A stretch of 64,000 bases of DNA, from positions 186,001 through 250,000 of the forward strand of contig CAJFCJ010000024.1 of assembly GCA_904063045.1 (NCBI GenBank), read 5' to 3'. Under the pieces are notes generated by a model, which did no database searches, was not told the origin of the DNA, and saw nothing but the letters and a program-made list of their open reading frames with translations. Shown here piece after piece: positions 60,319 to 64,000 of this stretch. The position numbers and the translations under genes were made by a program. Origin of the DNA: Dimorphilus gyrociliatus (lineage: Eukaryota; Animalia; Annelida). Each line of letters opens with the position of its first letter. Position 1 is the first letter of the stretch.

Positions 60319-63300
60319 TTAATTGACGAGACTAATTTGCACAGACGGTGAATTAGTACCGGATGTTTCGGAATTTTTACTGCTTCTAATGAAAACTATG
60401 TTAGGCTCAACCAAGTTCCTTCGCAGCAAAAATGATAGCCATGCCATTCTAACATCCTTACATTTCAAACAGTGTAATAAGAAGATGAATATACCTTGAA
60501 AGTTGAATGTAATGACGAAGAGAGCCTTAGGAATAATGAAAAGAAAATCTTTTTAATTCTTTTCAAGTAGCAGATAAACAAGAAAATAATTAATTGATTA
60601 AAATAAACAAATTGTAAATAACAAAGATATTTTTTATTAGCGCCATCTACTGATTTTAAGATAACTTGTGTGTATACCAGGCATATTCCTTCAAAAAGCT
60701 CAAGGGAATTTGATTTATCTGCGTCAATTGCTCCAAAAGAGCCAAAAATCCAGGGTACACCTAACAAACTGAGAGTACCAATAGCTCCTAGAACTTCAGA
60801 GACAAAGATTTTTTTCTTAGATTCATCTGGTGAGCAACTTAACCGTGAAAGATCTTATAGTTAACAAATATACAATACTCTACCGGATCTTCTCGACTGT
60901 CTTCGAATTTCTCTCATTACAAACCCAAAGACTCCCAAATTACACAACATAATTAGTGAAACAGGAATTATAAAACCATAATATTGAATTTCCGAAGATA
61001 GCGTACACCTTAAATTGAAAAGATCATAAGTTGAATGAATACTGGAAAATCTAATAATGTCGCTAAATATAGATTGTTTATATCTATATATTTACACATA
61101 TGTGCAATCTATCCATTCTCCAAGGAAACTATCCATACGCGAAAAGTTTACTATCAGAATTATTACAGCCGGAAGTACTGTAAAAATAGTCACGCAATCA
61201 TTGTTACAAATGTTACGTCATTAGTGAGATACAAACCCCAACTAACAAGAACAGATTTCGTTCTAAAGTTAGATATTTCACTATTAAATACTTTTATAAG
61301 CTTCATGTACATATTTATAGCTTCAACTCCATTCCATAACAAAGATACCAGAATATTGTAAAGCATAAGAGAGTTAAGCATCTTACACATGAACTTAGAG
61401 GTCATCAGGAGGCTCTTTAAGTAATTAAGCAGCAACAAGATTAATAAGGTAACACATAAATTAACCAGTATAAATGTATTAACTCCTCTTCTTACTCGCC
61501 TATATTTTGAATATTAATTAATAAAAGTATATATACAGTTATAATTATGTTTTCACATAAAGATATTCGTACTTGAAGGCAATGAATGTAACAACAGTAA
61601 TAAGTAGGCAAATTCCAGACATGGCTTTTAAAATAATTCCAAGAATTTCTATCTCATAAATGTAAGAAAACCTCTGTGAGGACAGAGTTATTTTAACTGA
61701 CTATGAATGTAAGGAAACCATTTAAAAATGTAATTTGATCTCACCAAGGACGTTTCGAGGCCGTTGGTCTTACGATCCTCAAACGATTCCTCCTGTCTCA
61801 ATTTTTCCTGTTATTATATTCAATAAAAACAATATTAACAATATGCTTTTATTATATTTTGTCCTCGTGTGACAATGTAATTATATGAAATGGATGCTTT
61901 TAATTATTTACTTTATTTGAGTATAGGCCTATATAGCCATCTATCTCCTTCAATACGCATTTGCAATAAACTTTGCTTAACTTTTTGTCAACTTCTGTTT
62001 CGCAATTATCAGAAAACCAATCTTTTAAAAACACTGAAAATAAAATCAACAATTCCGTTAATACTATAAACTAAAGCAACCATTTTTCTTTAACTAATTA
62101 GTAGTACATGAGAGATCGTTATTCTCCTCGGGAGTTCTACTTGTTGAAAAAGTAGCGCACTTGAATATTTCGTTTTCCTTAAAAAAAACAGTAGTTAGTT
62201 GATTTTCAAAGTCAATCTATTACTGAAAATGCATTGTACGACTTACATGTATTAATATCTCGAAAATGGAAAAAACTTTGACTTTCGTAACATAATCATT
62301 ATCTGCAATTCTTACGAAAATGACGGCAGTTCTCAGAGAACCAGGAGAATATGAAATCGTAGAACCTGTCTTAGTTTCATTCTGTCATAATGGGTTTCAG
62401 AAAATGTAAAACAAAAGATAAAAAGAAACTATTAAATTGAGAATATCTCAAAATGAATATATTTGTTATTTACGATTTCCCGACTATATGTAACTTTCAT
62501 ATTATCTCTTCTTTCTTCTCTATCACCAGTTGAAGCTGCACTTTTCACTATTTTAGATTTGAATGCCTTTATGTTCTTGAATACAATGATATATGCTTTA
62601 TAACTGCCAGCAAGTCCTACTTAATAGTAATAAAAAGTTACTTCGAAATAAAGAATCTATTTCATTTTGAATTTACTTCGATCCTTTTCAACAGATATTG
62701 ACAAGAATAAACTACTCTTTCGATCAATTTGAAATGAATTTCTATATGATCCAGAAGCTATCCCTTCATGAAAAGTAATGGATCTATCGAATGAATGAAG
62801 ATTTGACGGATATAAAGGAGGTTTCAGAATACTTGAGTTTGTTAAAGTTATAAAACATCTGTGTTAAAAAAGTATAATTTTAATAATTAGAACATTACTC
62901 TGTATTCATATAATGAATTTACTGTCCATTGCTTCTATGATCATCAAAGGGTACAGGAATGGAATTGATAACGTAGGTTATTATGTCCACATACATTTGA
63001 TTTCGAAGTCTTTCCCTATACCCTGATTCTTTACGATTCGTGAAAAGATTACTTTCACAAAATTTTTTTGAATAGTACAGAAAAAGAAGTTGCGGTAGTC
63101 TTAAACCTTCTTTTCTTACTATTATTTCATGGAATGTCTCAATTAATTCATCATAATTCAAGCGCCCATTTTCATACTTTAATAAAATAATAAGTTATAT
63201 TTTCATCAATTCAGATGTCACAAACATACAAATAAATATATTTACCATGTTTTGTACTATTTGTAGAGGATGGCTCAAACATGCTTCAACTTGAGCTGGC

Positions 63301-63745
63301 TGCCATAATCCAACATTTTCCTTCTCTGGATCAACCGTGCAAACCATATAAGCTTGAGTACTTTTAAAACTTAACTTATTGGAAATGTTCATGTTCATAG
63401 ATAAATGACAAGGTAATAGAACCCTGTAACCAATTGGTATTTTTGGCCATGTTAGAGCGAAACTAAGGTCGCCAATGCCATAGTAAGTTTTCGTTTTATT
63501 GCAAAATCCAACTTATAGTGATAAACAACAAGTTAAAAGGAACAAGTTAAAAAATATGATAAAATCTTACTTTTTCTGCATTCCTTGGGCATATCATCAT
63601 CATATTCATTGTCTAAACTGTTGGCTATATTTTGTACTTTTATAGGTAGACTTGAGTCTTTTTCTATAACAATTGTGGAAGATGTAGACAAAGAAATTAA
63701 ACAAATTTCCAATGAAATTGCAAAGAATAATATTAGTTTGTTCAT
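60319..63745 (-). CDS. Adhesion GPCR (signal peptide-HRM-GAIN/GPS-7TM family B2), multi-exon
   Basis: Signal peptide MNKLILFF; HRM (FC...LTWPKIPIG..LLPC...AYMVC...GLWQ....EAC); GPS-like exon (DWFSDNC...VYCKC); TM motifs VEAINMYMKLIKVF, LLGVPWIFG and FNFQGIFIFLLHC. Confidence 0.85.
60639..60653 (-). promoter_or_regulatory. CTCF-like motif TCAGTAGATGGCGCT in the last intron of the adhesion GPCR
   Basis: Near-consensus core inside a hand-defined intron. Confidence 0.55.
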
Positions 63746-64000
63746 ACTTTCTTCCAAAATGAGGCTGAAAGAAAAAATAAACTAATCAGCCTGTAAATAT
63801 GTATATATTTATATGTGTGTGAGTATATATACTAATATAAATATATATATATATATATTTTATATATAAAAGCAGATATACATACATATAAATTTATATA
63901 TATATATAAATATATGCATATAAATATACATATATGAATATTTATATATTAATTGATCAGATATAATATTTATGCCATTTAATAAATCACCAATATTTTA

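Noticed and set aside
62330-62390. SEA-domain-like PGSLR motif in the adhesion GPCR
   Set aside because: Its position immediately before the GPS exons fits GAIN subdomain B better.

Overview
AT-rich, gene-dense eukaryotic (metazoan) DNA with mostly very short (about 55-90 nt) GT-AG introns. The compact architecture and promoter-proximal CTCF-like motifs suggest a miniaturised invertebrate genome such as the annelid Dimorphilus; this is inference only. Left to right: a cluster of five intronless orphan class A GPCRs plus a decayed GPCR relic; a 75-aa membrane microprotein; THUMPD3; three tandem CaaX-ended Rho/Ras-like GTPases lacking the G3/G4 motifs (the third with a 1-bp frameshift); a KAT8/MOF-like acetyltransferase; an FGD-type DH-PH-FYVE-PH RhoGEF; an intronless degenerate ARF-like GTPase; an RDH-type SDR; a WTIP/Ajuba LIM gene with large motif-rich introns; a FAM43-like PTB protein; three MS4A/CD20-like tetraspan genes; an XK-related scramblase with a caspase-type site; a CUB single-pass protein; and an HRM-GAIN adhesion GPCR with a degenerate GPS. 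The most notable observations are the pseudo-GTPase array beside a GEF, CTCF-like sites interleaved through the GPCR cluster, a gene-conversion tract between two inverted GPCRs that spares a pocket Val-to-Lys change, a TEAD motif cluster in the Ajuba locus, and recurrent TA-CWG-TA elements resembling Tc1/mariner footprints. Exon structures and motif counts were made by hand and need computational confirmation. No tRNA, rRNA, CRISPR array or intact transposon was recognised.
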